Shown here in pieces: positions 30,058 through 38,603 of a DNA stretch of 59,574 bases (within the stretch, counting starts at the first letter, position 1; the number at the start of each line of letters is the position of its first letter). The position numbers and the translations under genes are program-made. The notes under the pieces are model-generated. The model was not told the origin of the DNA. It did not search any database and saw nothing but the letters and a program-made list of their open reading frames with translations. The stretch comes from Microcystaceae cyanobacterium (GTDB taxonomy: Bacteria > Cyanobacteriota > Cyanobacteriia > Cyanobacteriales > Microcystaceae): contig JBGTGT010000099.1 of the NCBI GenBank assembly GCA_041746575.1, forward strand, positions 1-59,574, given 5' to 3'.

Positions 30058-31839
30058 ATGAAGTCGGTAGCTCATCGGAAATTTTATCCCGTTATAGGAA
30101 TAACAGCATTCTGCGGCCTGTTTTTTCCTTTCAATGCCGTTCATGCCCTAAATTTTCGCTCAATTGACGGATTTGGTAATAATTTAGCTAACCCAACTTG
30201 GGGACAAGCGCAGACGTCCCTATTACGCAAAACTTCACCCGCCTATCAAGATGGCTATAGCACACCAAGATCCTTAGCCAGCGATGGTGTAACTGCTCTA
30301 CCTAACCCCCGTGATATTAGTAACAAAATAGTACGACAAGATGGTCAATCTATGCCCAGTTCCCTTCATTTTAGCGATTGGCTGTTTCAGTGGGGACAAT
30401 TTATAGATCATGACTTGGATTTAAATGAATCTGCCTCTGGTACGTTTTCTAGCAATATTCCGATGAATCCCATTGATATTGCTACTGGCGAGCCTGATCC
30501 TCTATACTCTGCTCTGGGAATTCCTTTTACTCGCAATGAAGTCGTTCCCGGCACAGGAATTCCGGGTATCCCTGCTCAACACGCCAATAAACTAACCGCC
30601 TATCTGGATGGTTCGATGGTTTATGGTTCATCTCAGAGTGTTGCAGATACATTACGCACCTTTAGCGGTGGAAAATTAAAAACTCAAGTGATAAATGGGG
30701 AAGAATTGCTTCCTTATAAGACAGAAGCTAATGTGCCGACTGCTAACCCCTTAATGCTACCTGACGCGATACTTTTTAGTGCCGGAGACACCCGCGTCAA
30801 TGAACAAATTGGTCTAACCGCCATCCATACTCTCATGGTGCGAGAACATAATCGCATTGCGACGAATCTTCAAAAAAGATTAGATCAGGGGGAGACCGAT
30901 TTGAGCAATGCCTTTTTAGCCTCAGGATTGACGACAGAAGACGAATTTTTGTATCAAGCCAGTCGCAAAGTAATTGGGGCGCAGATTCAGGTGATTACCT
31001 ACAACGAATTTTTACCTTTATTGCTAGGGGATGGATTGACCCCTTACACAGGTTACAATTCGACAGTAAACGCCCAAATTTCCGAAGAATTTGCTAATGC
31101 CGCTTTCCGCTTTGGTCATACCACCCTTTCTCTCGCCCTGATTCAAGCTGACAATCACCATCGCATCCTTAACCAAATTTCATTGGCTGATGCGTTTTTT
31201 AATCCCCAAGAAATTAGCGAAAATGGAATTGATTCGCTATTAATGGGACTGGCTTCGCAAAAATCTCAAGAATTTGACCCCTTTCTCGTTGATAGCGTGC
31301 GTAATTTTCTCTTTTCAGCCGCCAGTGGCGGAAATGACCTTGCTTCTGTTAATATCGCTAGAGGGAGAGAGGTGGGACTAGGAAGCTTAAATAGGGTTCG
31401 TCTCAGTCTCGGTTTGATCCCCTATACCCATTTTGCTGAAATTAATGCAGATCCTCTGATAATTAATCGTTTGAGTGCTATTTACGCTTCAGTGGATGAT
31501 ATTGACCTCTGGGTCGGTGGATTAGCTGAAATTTCGTTTCAAACGGATGCCTTATTAGGAGAAACCTTCCGAGTTATTTTACTTGATCAATTTATGCGTT
31601 TACGAGACGGCGATCGCTTTTTTTATAGGAACGATTTGCCTGATTTAACCCTTCTTGAGCCGCAGATTCAAGCAACGACCCTTTCCCAACTCATTGCTCG
31701 CAATTCTAACGCACAGGGCATCCAAAATAATGCTTTTATTTATACGGGGATTCCTGAATCTTCTTTCCTTTTCTCTATATTGATGCTAGGGGGGTTGGGG
31801 TTAGCCAAGTTAATCGCTCATCGGGTTAATTCTCTTTAA
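30058..31839 (+). CDS. Animal-type heme peroxidase (peroxidase-cyclooxygenase superfamily) with PEP-CTERM-like anchor
   Basis: WGQFIDHD, LTAYLDGSMVYG, GDTRVNE, AFRFGH, NIARGRE and LRDGDRF motifs; signal peptide; C-terminal IPES + TM + basic residues. Confidence 0.9.
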   Translation: MKSVAHRKFYPVIGITAFCGLFFPFNAVHALNFRSIDGFGNNLANPTWGQAQTSLLRKTSPAYQDGYSTPRSLASDGVTALPNPRDISNKIVRQDGQSMPSSLHFSDWLFQWGQFIDHDLDLNESASGTFSSNIPMNPIDIATGEPDPLYSALGIPFTRNEVVPGTGIPGIPAQHANKLTAYLDGSMVYGSSQSVADTLRTFSGGKLKTQVINGEELLPYKTEANVPTANPLMLPDAILFSAGDTRVNEQIGLTAIHTLMVREHNRIATNLQKRLDQGETDLSNAFLASGLTTEDEFLYQASRKVIGAQIQVITYNEFLPLLLGDGLTPYTGYNSTVNAQISEEFANAAFRFGHTTLSLALIQADNHHRILNQISLADAFFNPQEISENGIDSLLMGLASQKSQEFDPFLVDSVRNFLFSAASGGNDLASVNIARGREVGLGSLNRVRLSLGLIPYTHFAEINADPLIINRLSAIYASVDDIDLWVGGLAEISFQTDALLGETFRVILLDQFMRLRDGDRFFYRNDLPDLTLLEPQIQATTLSQLIARNSNAQGIQNNAFIYTGIPESSFLFSILMLGGLGLAKLIAHRVNSL

Positions 31840-31896
31840 GGCTTGAATATAAGTGCTTGTTTTCTTTCTTAATCTCTAAAATCAAATTAATCTTGC

Positions 31897-32793
31897 TCAA
31901 TTATAATTTTTACTTTCAGCCAGTAAATAATCCAGAAAAGCTTGCGCAATCACCGATAGTTTTTTACCCGATAGATGAGCCACATACCAGCGACGTTTAA
32001 TCGGGAAATGTTCTACGTCTAGGACGGTTAATTCTCCTTGTAACCCTGTGAAAATTAAGGTATGACGAGATAATACGGATAATCCCATGCCCCCAGCGAT
32101 CGCTTGCTTAATGGCTTCATTACTGCCTAATTCGAGGCGAACCTGCACAGAAATGTTATATTCTGTAAAGAGTTTTTCTACGGCTTTACGCGTTCCTGAC
32201 CCTTCCTCTCGCATAATGAAGGGTTCGCCGTTTAATTTATCAATAGGAATTGTCTGCAAGTCAGCTAAGGGATGATTGTAAGGAGCAACCACCACAAGGG
32301 GATTGTCCAAAAAAGATTGAGAATTTAAGTCTAATTCGGCCGGTGGATTACTTAGGATATACAGATCATCGTCATTGCTGAGCATTCGCTCTTGCATCTG
32401 CTGATGATTGGTTACCTGTAAAGAGACATCGATACCGGGATATTTTTGACAAAAAGAGCCTAAAATGCGGGGAATAAAATATTTTGCTGTAGTAATTACC
32501 GCCAATCTAAGGGTTCCCTGCTTTGTTCCTTTTAAATCGGCCACTTTCATTTCAAAATTATCGAGTCGCTGAAAAATATCCTGACAAGTGACTAATAATT
32601 CTTGACCTGCCTCGGTTAAGTAGAGGCGTTTACCAATCTGCTCAAACAAGGGTAAGCCGATGGATTTGCTTAATTGCTTGATTTGGCTGGAAACAGTCGG
32701 TTGTGTAATGTACAGTTCTTCTGCCGCCCTCGTAAAACTGCCATGACGAGCAGTTGCTTCAAAAACTCGTAATTGATGTAAGGTAGAGTGCAT
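31897..32793 (-). CDS. ndhR: LysR regulator NdhR/CcmR
   Basis: TLHQLRVFEATARHGSFTRAAEELYITQPTVSSQIKQL and ELGSNEAIKQAIAGG closely recall Synechocystis NdhR; CmpR is the alternative. Confidence 0.8.
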   Translation of the reverse strand: MHSTLHQLRVFEATARHGSFTRAAEELYITQPTVSSQIKQLSKSIGLPLFEQIGKRLYLTEAGQELLVTCQDIFQRLDNFEMKVADLKGTKQGTLRLAVITTAKYFIPRILGSFCQKYPGIDVSLQVTNHQQMQERMLSNDDDLYILSNPPAELDLNSQSFLDNPLVVVAPYNHPLADLQTIPIDKLNGEPFIMREEGSGTRKAVEKLFTEYNISVQVRLELGSNEAIKQAIAGGMGLSVLSRHTLIFTGLQGELTVLDVEHFPIKRRWYVAHLSGKKLSVIAQAFLDYLLAESKNYN

Positions 32794-32857
32794 CAATAAT
32801 CTTAAACCCCTAACAGAACGCAACAATAAGTCAAAATACTGGGTGATGTTTTTTATC

Positions 32858-32894
32858 ATAGACTTAAATCAATTATTTTTCAATTATAAATTGA
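32858..32894. promoter_or_regulatory. Putative NdhR/LysR autoregulatory operator
   Basis: ATAG-N8-CAAT (32858-32873) and near-palindrome TCAATTATAAATTGA (32880-32894) upstream of the LysR gene. Confidence 0.5.
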
Positions 32895-33002
32895 TAATTT
32901 TTATAAAAAAAGGACTTAACTTCCTCCGTCTGGTAACATCTGACACCTCAACAACCGCCAGAAATCGTTAACCTATAACTAAAATTAACTTTGTGAGTAT
33001 AA

Positions 33003-33215
33003 ATGCTTATGGCTAATACTTGTACTGAAACCTGCCCCATCTGTGGTATTCAAATCGAAAATGGAGAGAAAGTCATCTTTTCTGCTGGTCCGGTGGGAAC
33101 GCGTGCCCGACTGTGGGCAAGAGTATGCAATTACGTCAAAAAAGATGATTGCATTAACCGAGATCCAAATCAAGTAGGTGAAGTGACCTATAATGATTAT
33201 TATCGCCCCCTTTAA
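33003..33215 (+). CDS. Small Cys-containing hypothetical protein
   Basis: CPIC...FSAGPVGTRARLWARVC...CIN; resembles a small cyanobacterial family. Confidence 0.65.
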   Translation: MLMANTCTETCPICGIQIENGEKVIFSAGPVGTRARLWARVCNYVKKDDCINRDPNQVGEVTYNDYYRPL

Positions 33216-33312
33216 AGCATTTTCGTGATAAAAGCGAGGTTGAGGACGAACTTTTTCCCTCAACCCCTTTTGAAATTAATGATTTTTAGCAGATTAACTA
33301 ATAAGATTGATC

Positions 33313-33477
33313 AACGTGAGTTCAACGAGGGCAATTATCTCAATCCTTTTGTCCATTCTCATTGGGATTAGGAAAAGAAAAACAAATTCTTGATTGGGGG
33401 ACTAGCCCCCCAAACCCCCTGCACAAAAAAATTAAATAAAGAAGACTCATAGATTTTCAGATGGTCGAACTCACGTT
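33313..33477. mobile_element. Complete 165-bp MITE
   Basis: 14-bp terminal inverted repeats AACGTGAGTTCAAC / GTCGAACTCACGTT (1 mismatch); GATC on both flanks; interior shared with 1-141. Confidence 0.8.
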
Positions 33478-33513
33478 GATCATCGAATAATAATTAAAAA
33501 ACCATGATTTCAG

Positions 33514-33771
33514 TTACGCTAAATTGACAGACTTTGAGGGCGAAGTCGGAGCAATTAATTCAATATATTGACTTTCCATCAAAAACACCCCATTTTGAAA
33601 GCGAATTCCCCAATAACCGCCAGGACGACGATCCATCACGATTCCCTCATCGCCGATCTCCAAGAGGTCGGCCGGACGTAACATCGGCATAGGTTCAGCC
33701 GTTTTTAGATAAGACGGCCGAGCAATTAAACGAATTTTTGAACCAACGGTCATTTCTTGAGATTGAGTCAT
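33514..33771 (-). CDS. sipA: NblS-interacting protein SipA
   Basis: YLKTAEPMPMLRP...DRRPGGYWGIRF signature. Confidence 0.88.
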   Translation of the reverse strand: MTQSQEMTVGSKIRLIARPSYLKTAEPMPMLRPADLLEIGDEGIVMDRRPGGYWGIRFQNGVFLMESQYIELIAPTSPSKSVNLA

Positions 33772-33967
33772 CCTTTCTTTACCGAGAAAAAACTAAAATC
33801 TATTAATCTTACGATCTTACTAGGCGCATTCTACAAACCCTTAGAATTTGTTTACTAATTCTTATAAAAACCGGTAATTTCACCGATCTTGTCTTGATGA
33901 TTGAACGCCTATACTGAGGGTGAATTAGCTTATCCCTCCGTTTAATAATAGCATTGAGGACTGAAAC

Positions 33968-34801
33968 ATGAGTCATGTTAGTTTGAGTAAGCACTTTTTA
34001 ACATATTTTGAGCCGGTTGTTGCCACAACCCAAACTTTAAAAGAAGAAGCGTTCAAAATTCGCTATAGAGTCTATTGCGAAGATTTGGGCTATGAACCTG
34101 CCGAAAAATTTCCTGATTATCAAGAGAAAGATGAATACGATGACTATTCTATTCATTATCTACTTAGGCATATTCCAAGTGGTCTTTTTGCGGGATGTGT
34201 ACGAGTGATTCAACCCCAAGGAAAAAGCACCTATCATGTTTTTCCCTTTGAAAAACTTGTCCGACACGATCTAAATTTATCCCCTGGTAATCGCCACCAA
34301 TTTTGTGAGATTTCTCGATTAGCTGTTTTACCCGAATTCCGCAAAAGAAAAGGAGAAAAAACCTTACCTGAAGGACTCATTTTTTCCGGCAATGATGCAG
34401 AAAGTATTGCCCACGAGCGACGGCAATTTAGCGTGATTGCGCTAAGTTTATATTGGATTTCTATTATTGCCTCATACAATCTTCATCGGGATATTTTGGC
34501 TCTGATGGAGTTTCGCCTTGTCCGCCATCTCAATCGTTGTAGCATTTTTTCCGAGCAAATTGGTGATTTTGCTGAATATCATGGCAAAAGAGCACCTTTT
34601 TGGATTAAAACCACCCATTTGATGCAACGAATGAACAGTGATGAAGAGACCAATGAAAATTTGAAAGAATTCGTTACCTTATTACAGACTTTTTTGACGT
34701 CCTGCCCTCTATTTATTGACAAGGTTGAGGTAAATCACCCGATTGTTCGCTCAAATGCTAAGGTAGATGAAAAGTCTTTTGCCACCCCTTTGTATCGTTA
34801 A
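33968..34801 (+). CDS. PEP-CTERM/exosortase-associated N-acyl amino acid synthase (FeeM/LuxI-like GNAT fold)
   Basis: FKIRYRVYCEDLGYE, EKDEYD, GCVRVI, FPFE, CEISRLAVLPEFRKRKGE, AMME-like ALME and YHGKRAPF motifs. Confidence 0.82.
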   Translation: MSHVSLSKHFLTYFEPVVATTQTLKEEAFKIRYRVYCEDLGYEPAEKFPDYQEKDEYDDYSIHYLLRHIPSGLFAGCVRVIQPQGKSTYHVFPFEKLVRHDLNLSPGNRHQFCEISRLAVLPEFRKRKGEKTLPEGLIFSGNDAESIAHERRQFSVIALSLYWISIIASYNLHRDILALMEFRLVRHLNRCSIFSEQIGDFAEYHGKRAPFWIKTTHLMQRMNSDEETNENLKEFVTLLQTFLTSCPLFIDKVEVNHPIVRSNAKVDEKSFATPLYR

Positions 34802-34813
34802 TTTTAACTACTT

Positions 34814-36406
34814 ATGGATATTGTTAAAGGGTTAGAAGCTTGGTCTCGTCTTCTTGGACAAGATTCGATAATAGTAGATAGTCAAGTTTTGCAAACATAC
34901 CAAACAGCTACCTACACCACTTCTGCCCAAATTTTAGCGATTCTCAAGCCGAGTAATCGTCAACAGATCTCTCCTTTGGTCAAAATTGCCAATGAATACA
35001 GTATTCCCTTATATCCCATCAGTGGGGGACGGAATTGGGGGTACGGTTCACGTGTTCCCGTAAAAGATGGCTGTATTATCCTCGATTTAGGAAATTTAAC
35101 CGAAATTACTGACTATAACGAAGAATTGGCTTACGTGACGTTAGAACCAGGGGTTACCCAAGGTCAATTGTATCAATTTTTGCAAGAACGTCATTCCCCG
35201 TTGTGGATGGATGCTACGGGGGCAGGTCTAGGTAGCAGTCTGATTGGTAATGTGATGGAACGGGGATTTGGTCATACCCCTTATGGCGATCGCTTTTCTC
35301 AAGTTTGTGGGTTAGAAGTGGTGTTGCCGACGGGAGAATGTATCCATACGGGTTTTGGTCGTTTTCCCAATGCTCAAGCTGCCTCAGTCTATCGTTGGGG
35401 GGTGGGGGCTTACTTGGACGGACTCTTCACCCAATCAAATTTAGGCATCGTAACCCAAATGACCTTTTGGTTAATGCCCGCTCCCGAATGTTTTGGGGCT
35501 TTTTCCTTTAGTATCGACAAAGATGAAGAACTGCCTGCTTTATTAGATGCCTTACGTCCACTTCGTTTAGATGACACCCTTAGAAGTGCGATTCATGTGG
35601 GCAATCATTATAAAGTCCTTTCATCGGTTCGTCTTTATCCTTGGGCGGAAATGGAGGGAAAAACGCCTCTTTCTTTAGCTGTTATTGAACAGTTATCTAA
35701 ATCATGGGATTATAAAGCGTGGAATGGGTTTGGCGGACTTTACGGGAGTCGGGAACAGGTTGCGGCGGCTCGTCGTCTCCTTAAAAAAGCGTTAGCCGGC
35801 AAGGTCGCTCGTCTGACTTTTTTGGATGACCGTAAACTTCAATGGGGTGAACGATTAGCACCGCTTTATCAAAAAATAACGGGGATTCGTTTGCCCGAAA
35901 TGCTTAAGATCATGCGACCGGTTTATGATTTGATGAAAGGGATTCCTTCTTCTCGGTTTTTAGAAAGTACTTATTGGCGCAAAAAAACGCCGATTCCTGA
36001 GGAAATGGAACCTAATCGGGATGGCTGTGGTCTAATTTGGTGTGCGCCCGTTGTTCCTCTAGACGGAAAGCACGCGGCAGTGATTAATCGCATGGCGACC
36101 GAAACAATTTTGTCTCATGGCTTTGAACCGATGCTTTCGTTAACCCTTTTAACAGGGCGTTGTCTGGGTTGTATTATTAGTATTTCCTATGATCGGGCGG
36201 TTGAAGGGGAAGATGAGAGAGCCATGGCATGTTACAAAGAATTATCCGCAAAATTAACAGGTGAAGGTTATTATCCGTACCGATTGGGCATTCAATCCAT
36301 GGATCTGTTGGCTAAAGCGGAAGACAGTTATCAACATCTGATGGATCAGCTTAAACAGACCTTAGATCCCAAGGGGATTCTAGCGCCGGGTCGCTATCAA
36401 CCTTAA
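34814..36406 (+). CDS. VAO/PCMH family FAD-dependent oxidoreductase (FeeG/CndG-like)
   Basis: SGGRNWGYG, EPGVT, GNVMERGFGHTPYG, CGLEVVLPTG, QSNLGIVT, YPYR and LDPKGILAPG motifs. Confidence 0.85.
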   Translation: MDIVKGLEAWSRLLGQDSIIVDSQVLQTYQTATYTTSAQILAILKPSNRQQISPLVKIANEYSIPLYPISGGRNWGYGSRVPVKDGCIILDLGNLTEITDYNEELAYVTLEPGVTQGQLYQFLQERHSPLWMDATGAGLGSSLIGNVMERGFGHTPYGDRFSQVCGLEVVLPTGECIHTGFGRFPNAQAASVYRWGVGAYLDGLFTQSNLGIVTQMTFWLMPAPECFGAFSFSIDKDEELPALLDALRPLRLDDTLRSAIHVGNHYKVLSSVRLYPWAEMEGKTPLSLAVIEQLSKSWDYKAWNGFGGLYGSREQVAAARRLLKKALAGKVARLTFLDDRKLQWGERLAPLYQKITGIRLPEMLKIMRPVYDLMKGIPSSRFLESTYWRKKTPIPEEMEPNRDGCGLIWCAPVVPLDGKHAAVINRMATETILSHGFEPMLSLTLLTGRCLGCIISISYDRAVEGEDERAMACYKELSAKLTGEGYYPYRLGIQSMDLLAKAEDSYQHLMDQLKQTLDPKGILAPGRYQP

Positions 36407-36614
36407 ATTTGATATTATCTTTAGGCATTCATTTTTTAATCGAGTTTTTTACTTTTCTCTAACCGATTTTTTCACTTTTGCTTCTTATACTGTTGCTCAT
36501 TGAATCAACAGTCAGTCGGATCTACCGATGACTACTACTATTAAACCCGTCATTTCGGAAATTTGTCATCTAACATTTGGCTGATTGAACACAGCAAGAG
36601 GAGTGAAAACGACC

Positions 36615-37424
36615 ATGAAAATGATGCCTAGTGAGCTTCAAGAGAAACAGTTAATCGCCCCGATTCATCCTTTAGATTTAGAAACACATTCTAACCTAGA
36701 AACAGCATTTTTACTGACTCAAGCAACATTTTCCGTTCACTTAGTTAAAAAGGGAGATATTTACTATCAAAAAGGTCGTGATCTTGCCCAAGATGTCTAT
36801 CGTCAAGTTTGGAAAACAGAACGTTTGGTAGATAGCAATGACTATGGCATCGTTATTGAATATGGCGACCAAATTTTGGGTAACATGAATATTCAGCTTA
36901 GACAGGAAGATAATCTCCTGAAAAGCGAAGTTTTTTTTAAACCTGAACACTGGAAAGGTTATTTTGATGCCTCTCCGATGGAAACTGTTGAAATCTCTGG
37001 TATTGCGATCGCCCAAGATACCCCCTCTGAGATTAGACAATTGGTGATGATGTTACTTCTTCACGGGGGTTGGACAATTACTCGGTCTTTGGGAATTCGC
37101 TTTTGGTCAACCATACAGCATAGAATGCTTTATTTAATGTTAACCCGTAGATTGGGTCTTTCTTTTCTTCCCAATGAGGGAGTGACTTGCCCTTCGGCGC
37201 AAATTCCCAGTGACGATTATTGGCAAGGAGCAGAACCCCCCAGAATTTACTATTTAGACCTTGAAAATTTTCAGACGCTCCAAACTTTTAATTTATTTTT
37301 CTGTTATCTAATGGTAGAGAATAACATTCAATTTCTTCCCCGATTTCAATCTCATTCTTTGGCTTTTAAAGGCTTCTGTAAAATGGTTAAGGAAAACAAG
37401 TGCAGTGAAAAGATTGCTGTCTAA
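36615..37424 (+). CDS. Divergent GNAT-fold protein (thermostable-hemolysin/FeeM-like)
   Basis: Pattern VYRQVW ... SEVFF ... VEISGIAI ... RRLGLSF ... DDYW...P; GAGGAG RBS before ATG 36615. Confidence 0.5.
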   Translation: MKMMPSELQEKQLIAPIHPLDLETHSNLETAFLLTQATFSVHLVKKGDIYYQKGRDLAQDVYRQVWKTERLVDSNDYGIVIEYGDQILGNMNIQLRQEDNLLKSEVFFKPEHWKGYFDASPMETVEISGIAIAQDTPSEIRQLVMMLLLHGGWTITRSLGIRFWSTIQHRMLYLMLTRRLGLSFLPNEGVTCPSAQIPSDDYWQGAEPPRIYYLDLENFQTLQTFNLFFCYLMVENNIQFLPRFQSHSLAFKGFCKMVKENKCSEKIAV

Positions 37425-37435
37425 TAGCCGAAAAT

Positions 37436-38521
37436 TTAGGCTTTGCCTTTAATTTTTCGCCGAACTTCCCCACTCAATAATCCTAAACCCAGCACCGCAA
37501 TCCCTGAAAGATTTGACGGTTCAGGAATGCCGAGAGCTTGTGCTGCCGAACGAGCAATAAATCGGTGAGCTTGGGTAGAAGGATGCTGACTATCCCAGAA
37601 AAGATGTTGTTCTGGCGTCCCTAATCCTACACAGGTAACAGGTGTATTCGGGAAAATAGAAGGAACAACAACGCCGATCCCTAAATCTGTTAAACTACAA
37701 CCTGAACTGGTATTTATCAAACCATAGCGAATAGGATTATTAAAGAAATCCTCAAAAAGGGCGTGGATATCCCAAAGAATAAACTGGGTAGTAGGATAAA
37801 GTTGGCTAAGATCTGCGACTTTTTGGGCTAATAACGTATTGTGTTGACTCGTAAAGTTATTCAGTCCATTGACTGTACTAACACCTTGAAGAGTCGCAAA
37901 GGGTATATCACCTAGGTTGGGTAGATTCCCCACTAAAATCGTCTGTGCGCCGCCTTGGGCAAGATTGACTAGGCTAGTTCCTATGTTATCTACTACGTCA
38001 GAGGCAATCGGAAGAGTCGGAAGGGCTTGAGGGGTGAAATAATATCCTAAGTAATCATTGGCACCGATCCAAACCATGTAGAGGGCATTAGAGTCTACGG
38101 TATTCGTATTATTGCCATTGGATTTCAAGGCAGAAAATAACCCTAATTCAGATTGTAAACCTGTAAAGGAGGGTAAGCCTGCGATGTTTCCCTTAGTTGT
38201 TGCTCCCCCAACTGCAAAATTGAGTCCATCAGAAGGAATCACTCCTGTACTGGCATTTAGCGAAAAGCCGATACTTGGGTTCAATCCTAATTGGCTACTT
38301 AGATAATCTGACCAAATTAAGTTGTTAGCAAAGCGATTGGGGAAATAAAAAGGATAACCGGGAAAAGGCTGGCCGGTAATGGCTGGTAAATTGCCTATGT
38401 CCGAGAGACTATCACCAAAAATAAAAACCTGATCGTAAGCTGGAGTGCTAATCGAAAATCCCAAGGTCAGACAACAGGTCAAAGTCGCAAAACTAATTGG
38501 GTGAGAATGAGGGCAATTCAT
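37436..38521 (-). CDS. SGNH/GDSL esterase-lipase with PEP-CTERM anchor
   Basis: FGDSLSDIGN, NFAVGGA, IGANDY and FWDSQHP motifs; signal peptide; IPEPS + TM + RRK. Confidence 0.92.
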   Translation of the reverse strand: MNCPHSHPISFATLTCCLTLGFSISTPAYDQVFIFGDSLSDIGNLPAITGQPFPGYPFYFPNRFANNLIWSDYLSSQLGLNPSIGFSLNASTGVIPSDGLNFAVGGATTKGNIAGLPSFTGLQSELGLFSALKSNGNNTNTVDSNALYMVWIGANDYLGYYFTPQALPTLPIASDVVDNIGTSLVNLAQGGAQTILVGNLPNLGDIPFATLQGVSTVNGLNNFTSQHNTLLAQKVADLSQLYPTTQFILWDIHALFEDFFNNPIRYGLINTSSGCSLTDLGIGVVVPSIFPNTPVTCVGLGTPEQHLFWDSQHPSTQAHRFIARSAAQALGIPEPSNLSGIAVLGLGLLSGEVRRKIKGKA

Positions 38522-38603
38522 AGAGCAGAGTTCTTTACTTAATAGAGTTCAGTGGCAAAACGCTAGATGTTAACTTTTTTTTGGGGCAGGATTAAGGATT
38601 GTA

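Noticed and set aside
33968..34801. LuxI acyl-homoserine lactone synthase
   Set aside because: Motifs and context fit the exosortase-associated N-acyl amino acid synthase family better, and no AHL-binding LuxR is nearby
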